From assembly GCA_041659805.1 (NCBI GenBank), contig JBAZXP010000001.1, positions 512,589 to 576,588 of the forward strand: DNA of 64,000 bases, written 5' to 3'. The notes beneath the pieces are model-generated. The model saw only the letters and a program-made list of their open reading frames with translations, was not told where the DNA came from and made no database searches. This stretch comes from Microgenomates group bacterium. Its GTDB lineage: Bacteria > Patescibacteriota > Microgenomatia > Daviesbacterales > UBA10151. Positions 30,163 through 39,261 of the stretch are shown piece by piece (position 1 is the first letter of the stretch; each line of letters begins with the position of its first letter). The position numbers and the translations under genes are program-made.

Positions 30163-30798
30163 TTATTTCTTATGACAGACGAAAATTAGTGTTGAATCTG
30201 GAAAAATTGGGGAGCCGGTTAGAACCGTACAACCCAAACCCAGTTTACTAAAAACCTTGAGCCATTCTTTTCGAGTCCTAACGTTTATTTGTTCATTGGG
30301 ATATAGAACTTTTTCCCAAAAGTGACCAAACAAAAAGGGTAGTCTGTTAGAAGCATCAACTTCTTTAATAATTAGCAATGAACTCTTGTTTAATTTTTTA
30401 CTAAGAATGGTTAAAAGTTTTTGTTGTTCTTGAAATGGAATATGATGCAGCACATCTACCATTAGGTAATTTTCATATTTTTTGATGGTCATTTTTGTTA
30501 TATTGCCTAATTTAAACTTAATATTTTTTCTTCCACTAATCGACTGTTTTGCACTGATGATTCTGTTTTTTGAAAGATCGACCCCCAAAACCTTGCGTGC
30601 AGGAGAACATATTGCCAAGTAATTGCTCATGATTCCTGCACCGCATCCGACGTCCATAATAGTTCCTGAAAGAGGTAATGCTTTATCTATTTTCCAAAAA
30701 GGTAGTATTAATAGACGGATCATGCTTATGATGGACTTTTTAACACCCTGACTTTTATATATAAAAAAGAATGAAATTATATTAAAGATTGCATGCAT
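30163..30798 (-). CDS. Class I SAM-dependent methyltransferase
   Basis: MDVGCGAG, GVDLS, DVLHHI and LIIKE. Confidence 0.87.
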   Translation of the reverse strand: MHAIFNIISFFFIYKSQGVKKSIISMIRLLILPFWKIDKALPLSGTIMDVGCGAGIMSNYLAICSPARKVLGVDLSKNRIISAKQSISGRKNIKFKLGNITKMTIKKYENYLMVDVLHHIPFQEQQKLLTILSKKLNKSSLLIIKEVDASNRLPFLFGHFWEKVLYPNEQINVRTRKEWLKVFSKLGLGCTVLTGSPIFPDSTLIFVCHKK

Positions 30799-30802
30799 TG
30801 GA

Positions 30803-31765
30803 CTATTTTCTCTTAGGATGTATTGGTTTATTAAAAATACTTTTTACAATATATTTTGGTCGGTTTTTAACTTCTTCAAATATCTTACCAATATACTCCC
30901 CAAGGATACTTATTCCTAGAAGCTGTATTCCTCCTAAAAACAGAGTTAGTACTACGATTAGTGAAATGCCCCGTGGTGATTGAGGGTATAAAAGACGAAG
31001 AATAACTTGTATAACAATACCCACAAAAGAAAAGAAAACAACGAACATGGAAATATAAGTAATCATTTCTAAAGGTACATAGGAGAAAGAAAAAATTCCT
31101 TTTCTTGCCCAACCAAAGTTTTTATGCCAATTGTTTGTAGTTTTACCAAACATCCTCTCTGGTCTGGTGTATGGAATGCCAGTTTGATTAAAGCCTACCC
31201 AAGCCCGTAGACCTCTTAAAAAACGGTCTTTTTCAGGCATATTATTTAATACTTCAACGACATTTCTATCAATTAAAGAGAAATCACCGGCATCTACAGG
31301 AATCTTTATGTAAGATAGTTTTTGGAATATACGATAAAATAACTTGTAGCAAATTTGTAAGGTTGTGGTTGCTTCTCTTTTTACTCTTATGCCATAAATA
31401 ACATCATAGCCTTCTAACCACTTTCCGTAAAATTTTTCTATTAATTCTGGAGGATCCTGAAGATCTCCGTCTAAAAGTACAACAGCATCACCTGTTGCAA
31501 TCTCCATTCCACTGCTAAAAGCCATTTGTGATCCAAAATTGCGGGAATGGTTTATTGCAACTACTTTTTTATCCTTTTTTGCTAGTTTTTCCAGTATATT
31601 TTCTGTATCGTCGGGGCTTCCATCATTAACAAAAATAATTTCATAATCGATTTTTATTTTAGAAAAAACTTTAACTAATCTACTATACATAAATGGAACT
31701 GCCTGACCATCTTTGTAGCATGCAATAATTGCGGAAATTTTTCTTTTAGTTAAGATTTTAGCCAT
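30803..31765 (-). CDS. GtrB/ArnC-like polyprenyl-phosphate glycosyltransferase (GT2 with 2 TM)
   Basis: VNDGSPD, SRNFG, LDGDLQDPPELI, DAGDF, RFLRGLRAWVGF, two C-terminal TMs and LGEYIGKIFEEVKNRP. Confidence 0.9.
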   Translation of the reverse strand: MAKILTKRKISAIIACYKDGQAVPFMYSRLVKVFSKIKIDYEIIFVNDGSPDDTENILEKLAKKDKKVVAINHSRNFGSQMAFSSGMEIATGDAVVLLDGDLQDPPELIEKFYGKWLEGYDVIYGIRVKREATTTLQICYKLFYRIFQKLSYIKIPVDAGDFSLIDRNVVEVLNNMPEKDRFLRGLRAWVGFNQTGIPYTRPERMFGKTTNNWHKNFGWARKGIFSFSYVPLEMITYISMFVVFFSFVGIVIQVILRLLYPQSPRGISLIVVLTLFLGGIQLLGISILGEYIGKIFEEVKNRPKYIVKSIFNKPIHPKRK

Positions 31766-32676
31766 GTTAATGTCCTTTGTATTATAGAGTTGACGTCTAG
31801 ACCATCTAAGCTTCTCAGGTATTTTTGTGATCCTCCGACATTATGGTATTTGTCATCAATGCCAATTATTAATTGGTGACGCAAACAATCATTGCTTGCA
31901 ACATTTATCTCAGCAATAGCACTGCCCAATCCGCCAGTTATATTGTGTTCCTCGATTGTTATCAATTTAGAATGTTCTCCAATGATCTTTCTGATATGAT
32001 CCTTATCTAAAGGCTTAATAGTATGCACATGAATTAATGATGCATCTATCCCAACTTCCTGTAATTTCTCTTCAACAATGATAGATGATTCTAGCATGTT
32101 GCCGGTTGTAAAAATTACAAGATCTTTTCCTTTTTTTATTTCTACAGTTTTGCCTATACAGAAAGCACCTATATATTCATATGACAAAATTGGCTCACCT
32201 TTCTTACCCAAACGTAAATATACAGGCCCTTTTATACTAAACATATCATACGCTGCCCGGTAAGCTTCTAGCGGGTCTCCAGGGCAAATGACTGTCATGT
32301 TGGGAAGCGACCTCATTAAGGATATGTCTTCGATTGCACAATGAGATTGACCATTTAAGGAATAACCGTATCCTCCGCCGACACCAACTATTTTGACATT
32401 TAGATTTGGATAACAAACATCATTTCTAATTTGTTCGAATGCTCTGAAGGTTAAAAAAGGTACAATGCTATAGCAAACGGGTATGAGCCCGGAATGAGCC
32501 ATACCGGCTGCCATTCCGACCATATTTGCTTCTGAAATACCGGCATTAGTAAATCGTTCAGGAAATTTTTCGATAAATTCTTCAAAAACCTCGAAGCCCA
32601 AATCTGCAGTTGACAAGTGAATATTGCTATACTTTTTATTAGCGTTAATTAAGGCCTTAGAAAATGAAAGTCTCAT
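31750..32676 (-). CDS. Transketolase-like protein, C-terminal (pyrimidine-binding) subunit
   Basis: TADLG, NAGISEANM, RAFEQIR, GQSH, GPVYLRL and EEHNITGGLGSA. Confidence 0.9.
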   Translation of the reverse strand: MRLSFSKALINANKKYSNIHLSTADLGFEVFEEFIEKFPERFTNAGISEANMVGMAAGMAHSGLIPVCYSIVPFLTFRAFEQIRNDVCYPNLNVKIVGVGGGYGYSLNGQSHCAIEDISLMRSLPNMTVICPGDPLEAYRAAYDMFSIKGPVYLRLGKKGEPILSYEYIGAFCIGKTVEIKKGKDLVIFTTGNMLESSIIVEEKLQEVGIDASLIHVHTIKPLDKDHIRKIIGEHSKLITIEEHNITGGLGSAIAEINVASNDCLRHQLIIGIDDKYHNVGGSQKYLRSLDGLDVNSIIQRTLTWLKS

Positions 32677-33539
32677 AAATTTGTTTTACTTACAGTCTTC
32701 TTTACTTTTGTCCTTTTAAAATTTAGTGTTTCATCTATTTCCTTTAATGCTATCTGCATGTGTTGAGGTTTGGGGTCGTAATAATGCCACCTGAAATCTC
32801 CCTCCATAAAAGAAACTCCTTTACCAATTATCGTATTAGCGATAATAATATTAGGTTTGCTATCGGAGATGTTTGTTAAGGCTTTTGTGATTTGATCTAT
32901 GTTATGGCCATCGATTACAGACGTACTAAAATTGAATGTTTTCCACTTTGCTTCTAAAGGTTCCATATTAATAATATCCTTTGTATTTCCTAAACCTTGG
33001 GTTCCATCTCGGTCTAAAATTACAACTAAATTGTTTAGATGATGATGTCCTGCGAATAAAGCTGCTTCCCAAATTGTACCTTCGTTAATTTCTCCATCAG
33101 AAATTAGGACATAAATTTTATATTGTTTATTCATTAATTTAGCTGCATAGGCCATGCCAACACCAACCGATAAACCATGCCCTAATGAGCCGGTCCCCCA
33201 ATCAATCCCAGGTAAACCATTTGATTCCGGATGAACCATTAATTTACCACCGTCTTGGCAGAAAGTATCTAAAGTTTCCTTATTAAAAAAACCACGATGA
33301 TGTAATACAGTAAAAAGCCCTGCTCCTGCATGACCCTTACTTAAAATAAACCGATCGCGTTCCTCCCAAAAAGGATCATTTGTACGAATATTTAAAATTT
33401 TAAAATAAAGTGTTGTTAATAGATCTATTACTGATAAAGAGGAGCCGACATGACCGATTTGGACATTATGGGAGATTGTTAACATGTCGCGTTTTATTAT
33501 TTGACACATTTTTATTAAGGAGATATTTGATTTTGACAT
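32673..33539 (-). CDS. Transketolase-like protein, N-terminal (ThDP-binding) subunit
   Basis: GHVGSSLS, DRFILSKGH, TGSLGHGL, ThDP motif variant SDGEINEGTIWEA, and GKGVSFME...WH. Confidence 0.9.
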   Translation of the reverse strand: MSKSNISLIKMCQIIKRDMLTISHNVQIGHVGSSLSVIDLLTTLYFKILNIRTNDPFWEERDRFILSKGHAGAGLFTVLHHRGFFNKETLDTFCQDGGKLMVHPESNGLPGIDWGTGSLGHGLSVGVGMAYAAKLMNKQYKIYVLISDGEINEGTIWEAALFAGHHHLNNLVVILDRDGTQGLGNTKDIINMEPLEAKWKTFNFSTSVIDGHNIDQITKALTNISDSKPNIIIANTIIGKGVSFMEGDFRWHYYDPKPQHMQIALKEIDETLNFKRTKVKKTVSKTNL

Positions 33540-33548
33540 GTTTTGAAT

Positions 33549-34523
33549 CTAATTTTTGTTATACAAGTCCTTATTGATTTTAAACCAATTAATTGCTTCC
33601 ATCAAACCTTCAGTGAGTGTATTTTTAGGTTGCCATTTGAGAACGTTTTTTGTAAGTTGATTATTTCCTAGCCAAAAACTAGTATCCCAAGGACGGCCTG
33701 GATAACTGCCTATAGCAATCTCAGATTTAGAATGTGCTAATTTCACAATCAGTCTGGTAATTTTTTCAATAGAGGTTTGTTTACCAGAGCAGATATTAAA
33801 AGTTCTTTGATCAAATTTTTTTAATTTAGTACATTGAAGATAAGCATCAATTAAGTCTTCGATGTATACAAAGTCTCTTTTTTGTGAGTTGCCTACAATA
33901 TTAATTTTTTGACTATTCAATGCTTGCATTATTACAGTCGGGATTAATCTTCCCGGCTCTTCATATGGACCAAATATAGAGAAAAGACGAATAGTTATTA
34001 TTGGCTTTTTCATCATAAGTCCGTAGGTATTACAGATTAAGGTGGAAGCTGCTTTAGTTGCTGAGTAGTAACTATTTGGTTCCAAAAGATCTGTTTCTTT
34101 CATGGGATGACTCTTATAACCATATTCAGATGAAGAACCGGTATTTACAAAAATTTGATAGTCGGTGTTTTCTAAGGCGAGTAATAAATTTTTTGTTCCA
34201 TTTATATTAATTTGTACCGCAGATTCCAAAGAGTTTTGTTTCGCGTAAGCACCATATGCTGCCAGATGAAAAATTATATCTGGTTTTATTTTTGATAAAT
34301 TTCTCTTGAGATTTTCTTGATCAGCTAAATCAACTTGTAAAATTTTAACTTTTTTAAGAATGTCCTTAATCCTCCAAGTATCAGAACTTTTTCTTAGGGT
34401 AATATATATTTTTGCTTGTGGGTAATTTGAAATTAAACGCCGTAATAAATTTGATCCGACAAAACCCGCTGCTCCTGTAATCAATATCTTCTTGCCATTT
34501 AAATTTGGTGCTTTTATAGCCAT
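33549..34523 (-). CDS. NAD-dependent nucleotide-sugar epimerase/dehydratase/reductase
   Basis: ITGAAGFVG, HLAA, TGSSSEYG, YYSATK and RDFVY. Confidence 0.88.
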   Translation of the reverse strand: MAIKAPNLNGKKILITGAAGFVGSNLLRRLISNYPQAKIYITLRKSSDTWRIKDILKKVKILQVDLADQENLKRNLSKIKPDIIFHLAAYGAYAKQNSLESAVQININGTKNLLLALENTDYQIFVNTGSSSEYGYKSHPMKETDLLEPNSYYSATKAASTLICNTYGLMMKKPIITIRLFSIFGPYEEPGRLIPTVIMQALNSQKINIVGNSQKRDFVYIEDLIDAYLQCTKLKKFDQRTFNICSGKQTSIEKITRLIVKLAHSKSEIAIGSYPGRPWDTSFWLGNNQLTKNVLKWQPKNTLTEGLMEAINWFKINKDLYNKN

Positions 34524-34665
34524 TTTTTAGAAATAATAGATCTAATGGCAGATTTTAAGTAGAGCTTATAACAACCTACTTTGTAGATTTCTACATTACA
34601 TTAAACAAGTAAAAATATCAATGACTCTTAGTTTAAATGATATAGAATGATTTAATAAATAATAG

Positions 34666-35439
34666 TTAAAAGGGGACACAAAGGGGAGAAACGGTCGACA
34701 AGCCCCCATCAACTCTTATTTCTGCTCCAACAATATAACTAGCAAGGTCAGAAGCTAAAAAGGATACTACCTGCGCAATTTCCAATGGAGTCCCCCACCT
34801 ACCCAAAGGAATTTTACTGGAGATCTCATTTACTTTTTCAGGTAAAGTCTTTTCGGTAATACCAGTAGGATAAATTGCACCAGGTGCAACTGCATTAACT
34901 CGGATCCCTTTTGACGCCCATTCAACAGCGGCAGTCCTCATAAAAGTCAACAAACCGCCTTTTGATGCATCATAGGCTCCGTTATCCAAAAAAGCTTGTC
35001 CAGTATGTACTGATGTAACAAAAGTAATAGAACCTTTATCCCCTCTTTTAAGAATTTTTCTCCCAATGATTTGGGTCATATTAAAAGAACCAGTTAAATT
35101 AACATCCAAGGTTTCTTGCCAAACTTGACTATCCATTTTTTCAACTGATCCTTCAGGATTAATACCCGCATTACTAACAAGTGTGTTAATATTTCCCAGC
35201 TCACTTTCCACTTCACTTAAAGACTTGCTAATATTTTCTCTATCTCTGACATCAACGACGTAACCTCTAAGTGAAGAAGATGATAGTTCCTCTATAGTTT
35301 TTTCTATCTGAAGCCTATTAACATCAAAAAGGGCTACAATAGCTCCTTCTTTCAGGAAGTTTTTGACTACCGCTTTACCAATGCCATAAGCTCCGCCAGT
35401 TACAACAGCAATTTTTCCGTCTAAAAGCAATCTTTCCAT
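34666..35439 (-). CDS. Classical SDR oxidoreductase (sugar dehydrogenase/FabG-like)
   Basis: VTGGAYGIG, SNAG, TSVH, YDASK, IRVNAVAPG and VDGG. Confidence 0.88.
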   Translation of the reverse strand: MERLLLDGKIAVVTGGAYGIGKAVVKNFLKEGAIVALFDVNRLQIEKTIEELSSSSLRGYVVDVRDRENISKSLSEVESELGNINTLVSNAGINPEGSVEKMDSQVWQETLDVNLTGSFNMTQIIGRKILKRGDKGSITFVTSVHTGQAFLDNGAYDASKGGLLTFMRTAAVEWASKGIRVNAVAPGAIYPTGITEKTLPEKVNEISSKIPLGRWGTPLEIAQVVSFLASDLASYIVGAEIRVDGGLSTVSPLCVPF

Positions 35440-35442
35440 ACT

Positions 35443-36453
35443 TTAATAATGGCTAACTTGGTATTTTATATAACCACTATACCTTTGTCCAGGAGCTACT
35501 GATAATAGGTGGGATTCTTGTTTAAATCCTTGTTTATCAAGATTCAAAGCATCAGTGGAGCAAGTTTGATTTTCCATGCAGAAGAAAGGCTCTGTAACAG
35601 AGGGAGTATAAATAGTAAGATGGCTGAAGTCGCCCGAAGTTTCTAAGTTAATTTTTAGCTTTTCAGAAGTATAATCAATACTTCCATATTTTCCTGGTTC
35701 AAGTCCCGTAAATACATGATCAAGATTTAAACGATTAAGCCGTTGAGGTTGTCTTAAATCAAAAGCAGTTCCTTCAACGTTATCTAATCTTCCTGATGGC
35801 AGCAACTCGCTATCTGCTTTCATCACATAATTAGCCGGTGCCGAAATTAATATTGTTGATTTTTCTGATAAAGCTTTAAAATAAGGATGTAAACCAAATC
35901 CAAAAGGTAAATCTTGTTTTGATTGATTATCAATAGTATATACAACTTTCATACCATCAGTAGAAAGAATATAGTCTAAGGATATACGACTTTTAAAAGG
36001 AAACCCGGCAAAAAAGGGATGATTTTCATTAATTTCAGTATAAGTCCGTACTCGAGTAAAATTCTTACTAGCAATTGGTAAGTCAAAATTCCAAGGTTTA
36101 TCAAAGACTAAACCATGCACTAAAACATTATTACCCTGAGGTCTTTTTAAACCAGCTAAAGAATATTCCTCACCTTGCCAAGAATATTTTTTATCTTTCA
36201 GTCTATTTGGAATAGGCCACATTACAAAAGTTCCTGTAAAATCCCGTGCTCTTAATAAGTCAGAATCACAATGGATTAAATCTAAATCTCCCAACCGAAA
36301 CTTAAAAAGGTTACTGCCGAATTCAGGTGCAATGGAAGCAGTAAGATCTTTGGAAGGATCTATGTCTTTATAAGAAAGTTCAACAACTGGGCTCTTTTCT
36401 AAAGAGACATCAGTTTTAATATTAGCATCAAAAATTCCTAATTCCTTTGTCAT
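35443..36453 (-). CDS. Aldose 1-epimerase (mutarotase) family
   Basis: WPIPNR, VHG, PFGFGLHPYF, LDHVF and FFCME. Confidence 0.88.
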   Translation of the reverse strand: MTKELGIFDANIKTDVSLEKSPVVELSYKDIDPSKDLTASIAPEFGSNLFKFRLGDLDLIHCDSDLLRARDFTGTFVMWPIPNRLKDKKYSWQGEEYSLAGLKRPQGNNVLVHGLVFDKPWNFDLPIASKNFTRVRTYTEINENHPFFAGFPFKSRISLDYILSTDGMKVVYTIDNQSKQDLPFGFGLHPYFKALSEKSTILISAPANYVMKADSELLPSGRLDNVEGTAFDLRQPQRLNRLNLDHVFTGLEPGKYGSIDYTSEKLKINLETSGDFSHLTIYTPSVTEPFFCMENQTCSTDALNLDKQGFKQESHLLSVAPGQRYSGYIKYQVSHY

Positions 36454-36454
36454 T

Positions 36455-37381
36455 TTACGCAGGATTAACTATTAAGTCCTCAGGTAAGTATTTTTGAAAA
36501 ATTTCAAGCATTTTAGGTTGCACCATAGGATTCCCTGCAATAACACCCCAATAATTTGGTCTCCATTTTTTCTCAACAGTTCCTGGGGCAGCTTCTTCTA
36601 TCATTGGGTGCCAATCTAAACCTTGCATATTTGTAACTGTTGCTCCAGCACGTCTGGCTATTAATGCTCCGGGTGCCAAATCATATGGGCTGGTCCAGGA
36701 AGATGCATAGCCATCTAATATACCTGACGCAACAAAAGATAATTCTAAGCCACCGGATTGAAGTTCACGATGGAATCTACCTGATCTATTAGTAATATCT
36801 TTCATCCCGGACCATAATGCTTCAACAAGTTCTTTTTCATAATATCCCCGTCCTTTTCTGACATTTCTTAAAGGTGCAAACGAGAGTAGACATTCCTCAA
36901 AAGGATGGTTGCTTACGTTGAGTGGTTGACCATTACGATATGCTTTTTCTCCTTCTGCAGAATAATAACAGTTATGATTGATGGGGTCATAAACTACTGC
37001 TGATCTAGTCTTACCGTCTACAACTTCCCCGATTGTGAAATTAAATATTGGGATACCGGTCGCAAAATTTGTGGTGCCGTCTACTCCGTCAACTGTCCAG
37101 AATTTTTTTCCGGAGACGTCTTCATCTTTTGAATATTCTTCTCCCAATATCTTGCTGTCAGGTTGTAGATTTCGTATGGCTTTTTTGGCCATCATTTCAA
37201 CCATTCCATCAAACTTGGTATAATTGCTTTTGTCATCATAAAGGTGAGTCTTAACACCTTTATAAAAAGCTGTTCTTAAAATTTTCCCAGCTTTAAGAGA
37301 GATCTCAATTGCTGTTTTTAAAGACTGATCTTCTGACACCAGTGGCCAGTTTTTATAATTTTTCTCAATAGCTCTTTCCAT
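36455..37381 (-). CDS. Inositol monophosphatase-family sugar phosphatase
   Basis: LGEE, WTVDGVDGTTNF, VASGILDG and YDLAPG. Confidence 0.85.
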   Translation of the reverse strand: MERAIEKNYKNWPLVSEDQSLKTAIEISLKAGKILRTAFYKGVKTHLYDDKSNYTKFDGMVEMMAKKAIRNLQPDSKILGEEYSKDEDVSGKKFWTVDGVDGTTNFATGIPIFNFTIGEVVDGKTRSAVVYDPINHNCYYSAEGEKAYRNGQPLNVSNHPFEECLLSFAPLRNVRKGRGYYEKELVEALWSGMKDITNRSGRFHRELQSGGLELSFVASGILDGYASSWTSPYDLAPGALIARRAGATVTNMQGLDWHPMIEEAAPGTVEKKWRPNYWGVIAGNPMVQPKMLEIFQKYLPEDLIVNPA

Positions 37382-37402
37382 AGGATGCTCTTATTGGAAG
37401 GT

Positions 37403-37411
37403 ATTATAACA
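37403..37411 (-). promoter_or_regulatory. Extended -10 element
   Basis: TGTTATAAT on the minus strand, 21 nt before ATG 37381. Confidence 0.55.
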
Positions 37412-37419
37412 AATTGGCT

Positions 37420-39216
37420 TTATTTTTGGGTGATAGACGAGGTTGATAGTTTTATAATATTGTTTACAGCTTTGGTAAAGGATTCTTTATCAAAATGCTT
37501 AAAATAGATAAGATAAAATAAATTTAAATCAGATAATTCATAGGATCCAACATTAATTTCAATAATAAATTCCGGATTTTTTACAATATATTCCTGCATG
37601 TTGTTAAGTTTATTGAATGTATTTAGGAATCCATTATTTTTAGGAAAAGAAAGTTGTTTTTCTCGAGATTCATTAATTGTTTGGTTATATGTTTTAAATT
37701 CATCAATGCTCGACCCAAATCTTTTTTCATCACCGAATGCTTTCTTCATAAAACCTGTGTATTCATAGAAAGCATAAGGCTTATGTTTTGCATTTAGATG
37801 TATGGTGTTATCAATAAAAAGAAAAGTAGTATTATTTTTTAGTTCCTGATTTCTTTTCATTTGTTCGATAACTGACATTTGTTTATATTGATCTTTGAGG
37901 AATTCTACATTTATTTTAAGATGGTAGCTTACAAACATGGCAATCAATATTGAGTAGATAGCGATTATTATATTTATTCTCACGCGTAAAAAATTACCAA
38001 TGATTTGAATTCCGTAAACGATCATGAAACTGGCCCCCAAAGGGGTCAGCAATAGGTGCCGGTCTGAGAATCCTTCAAGTATTGTGGGGATCTTATTTAC
38101 TACATAATAAGGAAAAACAGCTACATAAAAGGATATACATCCGAGAATAAATAAGATTGTATCTTTTGAATAATGTTTTTTCTTTATATCTTTAGTTTGA
38201 AGGGTGTGTCGCAAGGAAATAAAGATCGCTGTAATTCCTGAAGCAATAATTAATAGATTAGAAATAAGATTTTTTTGAAATAATGTTGCTGAAGTAATGA
38301 AAATAGTTTCTTTGAGAAGATCAAAAATATTTTTAAAGGTTAGAGGTGAGACATAAGGATGGAGCTCTAATTTTATTCCTGCTTGCCAGACTGTTGTAAT
38401 CAATGACATATTAAATAAAGAATAAAAGGAAGAGAGTAAAACAATTAGAAAAGAAAATCCATAGCCCTCAACGCTTCTATAAAAAGCAGTCAGTAGATTA
38501 AACGCAGTTATTTCATTATAGCCCTTGTTGATCTCTGGCAACGGGAAAAAATATTGCTTGTATAGAAAGAAAAATACTGGCAACAGAATAAAGTCAATAT
38601 GGTTAATGATTAAACGGCACACATCTTTTCGGGACTTTAACTGATTTTTTTGCTTGAAGGCTATATATGCAAGAATAAGGATATAAAAGAAAAGCATTGA
38701 ATTGATAGAAAATGAAAGTATTAGGGTAACCAGCGCAAGTAACCGGAAAATAACCTTTTTGTTAATTAAATAAAGAGTTGTTAACCACCAACCAAAATAG
38801 AAGAAAAAATAGCATACGCTATACCAAAGAATTACTAATACTACTCTGGCATCATTCGCCGGAAATAGCAAAAAAAAGATAGTTAATAGTAACCTTTTCT
38901 TAGAATCAATTTCTTTAATTGTGCTCAAAATTGAGTAGAAAAAATATCCAGAAAAGAGATACACGAGAAATGTCACAATGCGGTATGCAGTGAATGAATG
39001 AAAAATATTTATTGAATTAAATATATATGGAGCCAGAATCTGCCCAAATGAGTCGCATGTTGATTTTATTAGTTCCGGATCTTTGTTCACAATCACAGCC
39101 CAATCGTCCCAATAAGCACCTGAATTTAACAAAGATAGGCCGAAAGAAACAATATAAAGAATAACTATTAATATCACGTAAGATAGATGGTAATTTTTAT
39201 TGCTCTCTTTTGTCAA
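37420..39216 (-). CDS. Polytopic membrane protein, probable GT-C (GtrII/GtrC-like) glycosyltransferase
   Basis: First-loop acidic pair AYWDDW after TM1, about 11 TM segments, SDRHLLL and a C-terminal soluble domain. TTG start. Confidence 0.6.
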   Translation of the reverse strand: MTKESNKNYHLSYVILIVILYIVSFGLSLLNSGAYWDDWAVIVNKDPELIKSTCDSFGQILAPYIFNSINIFHSFTAYRIVTFLVYLFSGYFFYSILSTIKEIDSKKRLLLTIFFLLFPANDARVVLVILWYSVCYFFFYFGWWLTTLYLINKKVIFRLLALVTLILSFSINSMLFFYILILAYIAFKQKNQLKSRKDVCRLIINHIDFILLPVFFFLYKQYFFPLPEINKGYNEITAFNLLTAFYRSVEGYGFSFLIVLLSSFYSLFNMSLITTVWQAGIKLELHPYVSPLTFKNIFDLLKETIFITSATLFQKNLISNLLIIASGITAIFISLRHTLQTKDIKKKHYSKDTILFILGCISFYVAVFPYYVVNKIPTILEGFSDRHLLLTPLGASFMIVYGIQIIGNFLRVRINIIIAIYSILIAMFVSYHLKINVEFLKDQYKQMSVIEQMKRNQELKNNTTFLFIDNTIHLNAKHKPYAFYEYTGFMKKAFGDEKRFGSSIDEFKTYNQTINESREKQLSFPKNNGFLNTFNKLNNMQEYIVKNPEFIIEINVGSYELSDLNLFYLIYFKHFDKESFTKAVNNIIKLSTSSITQK

Positions 39217-39261
39217 TGTTAACGTATTCTGAAGGCACAGGATGTACTTTAAATATGGAAT

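Noticed and set aside
34571-34595. CTAC-TTT-GTAGAT resembles the Cas12a direct-repeat stem loop
   Set aside because: It is a single copy with only a 4 bp stem, lacks the preceding AATTT in the correct place, and has no spacers or cas genes nearby.
34524-34665. Possible TPP riboswitch upstream of the ThDP enzyme cassette
   Set aside because: The conserved CUGAGA and other THI-box elements are not visible on the minus strand, and the region is too AT-rich.
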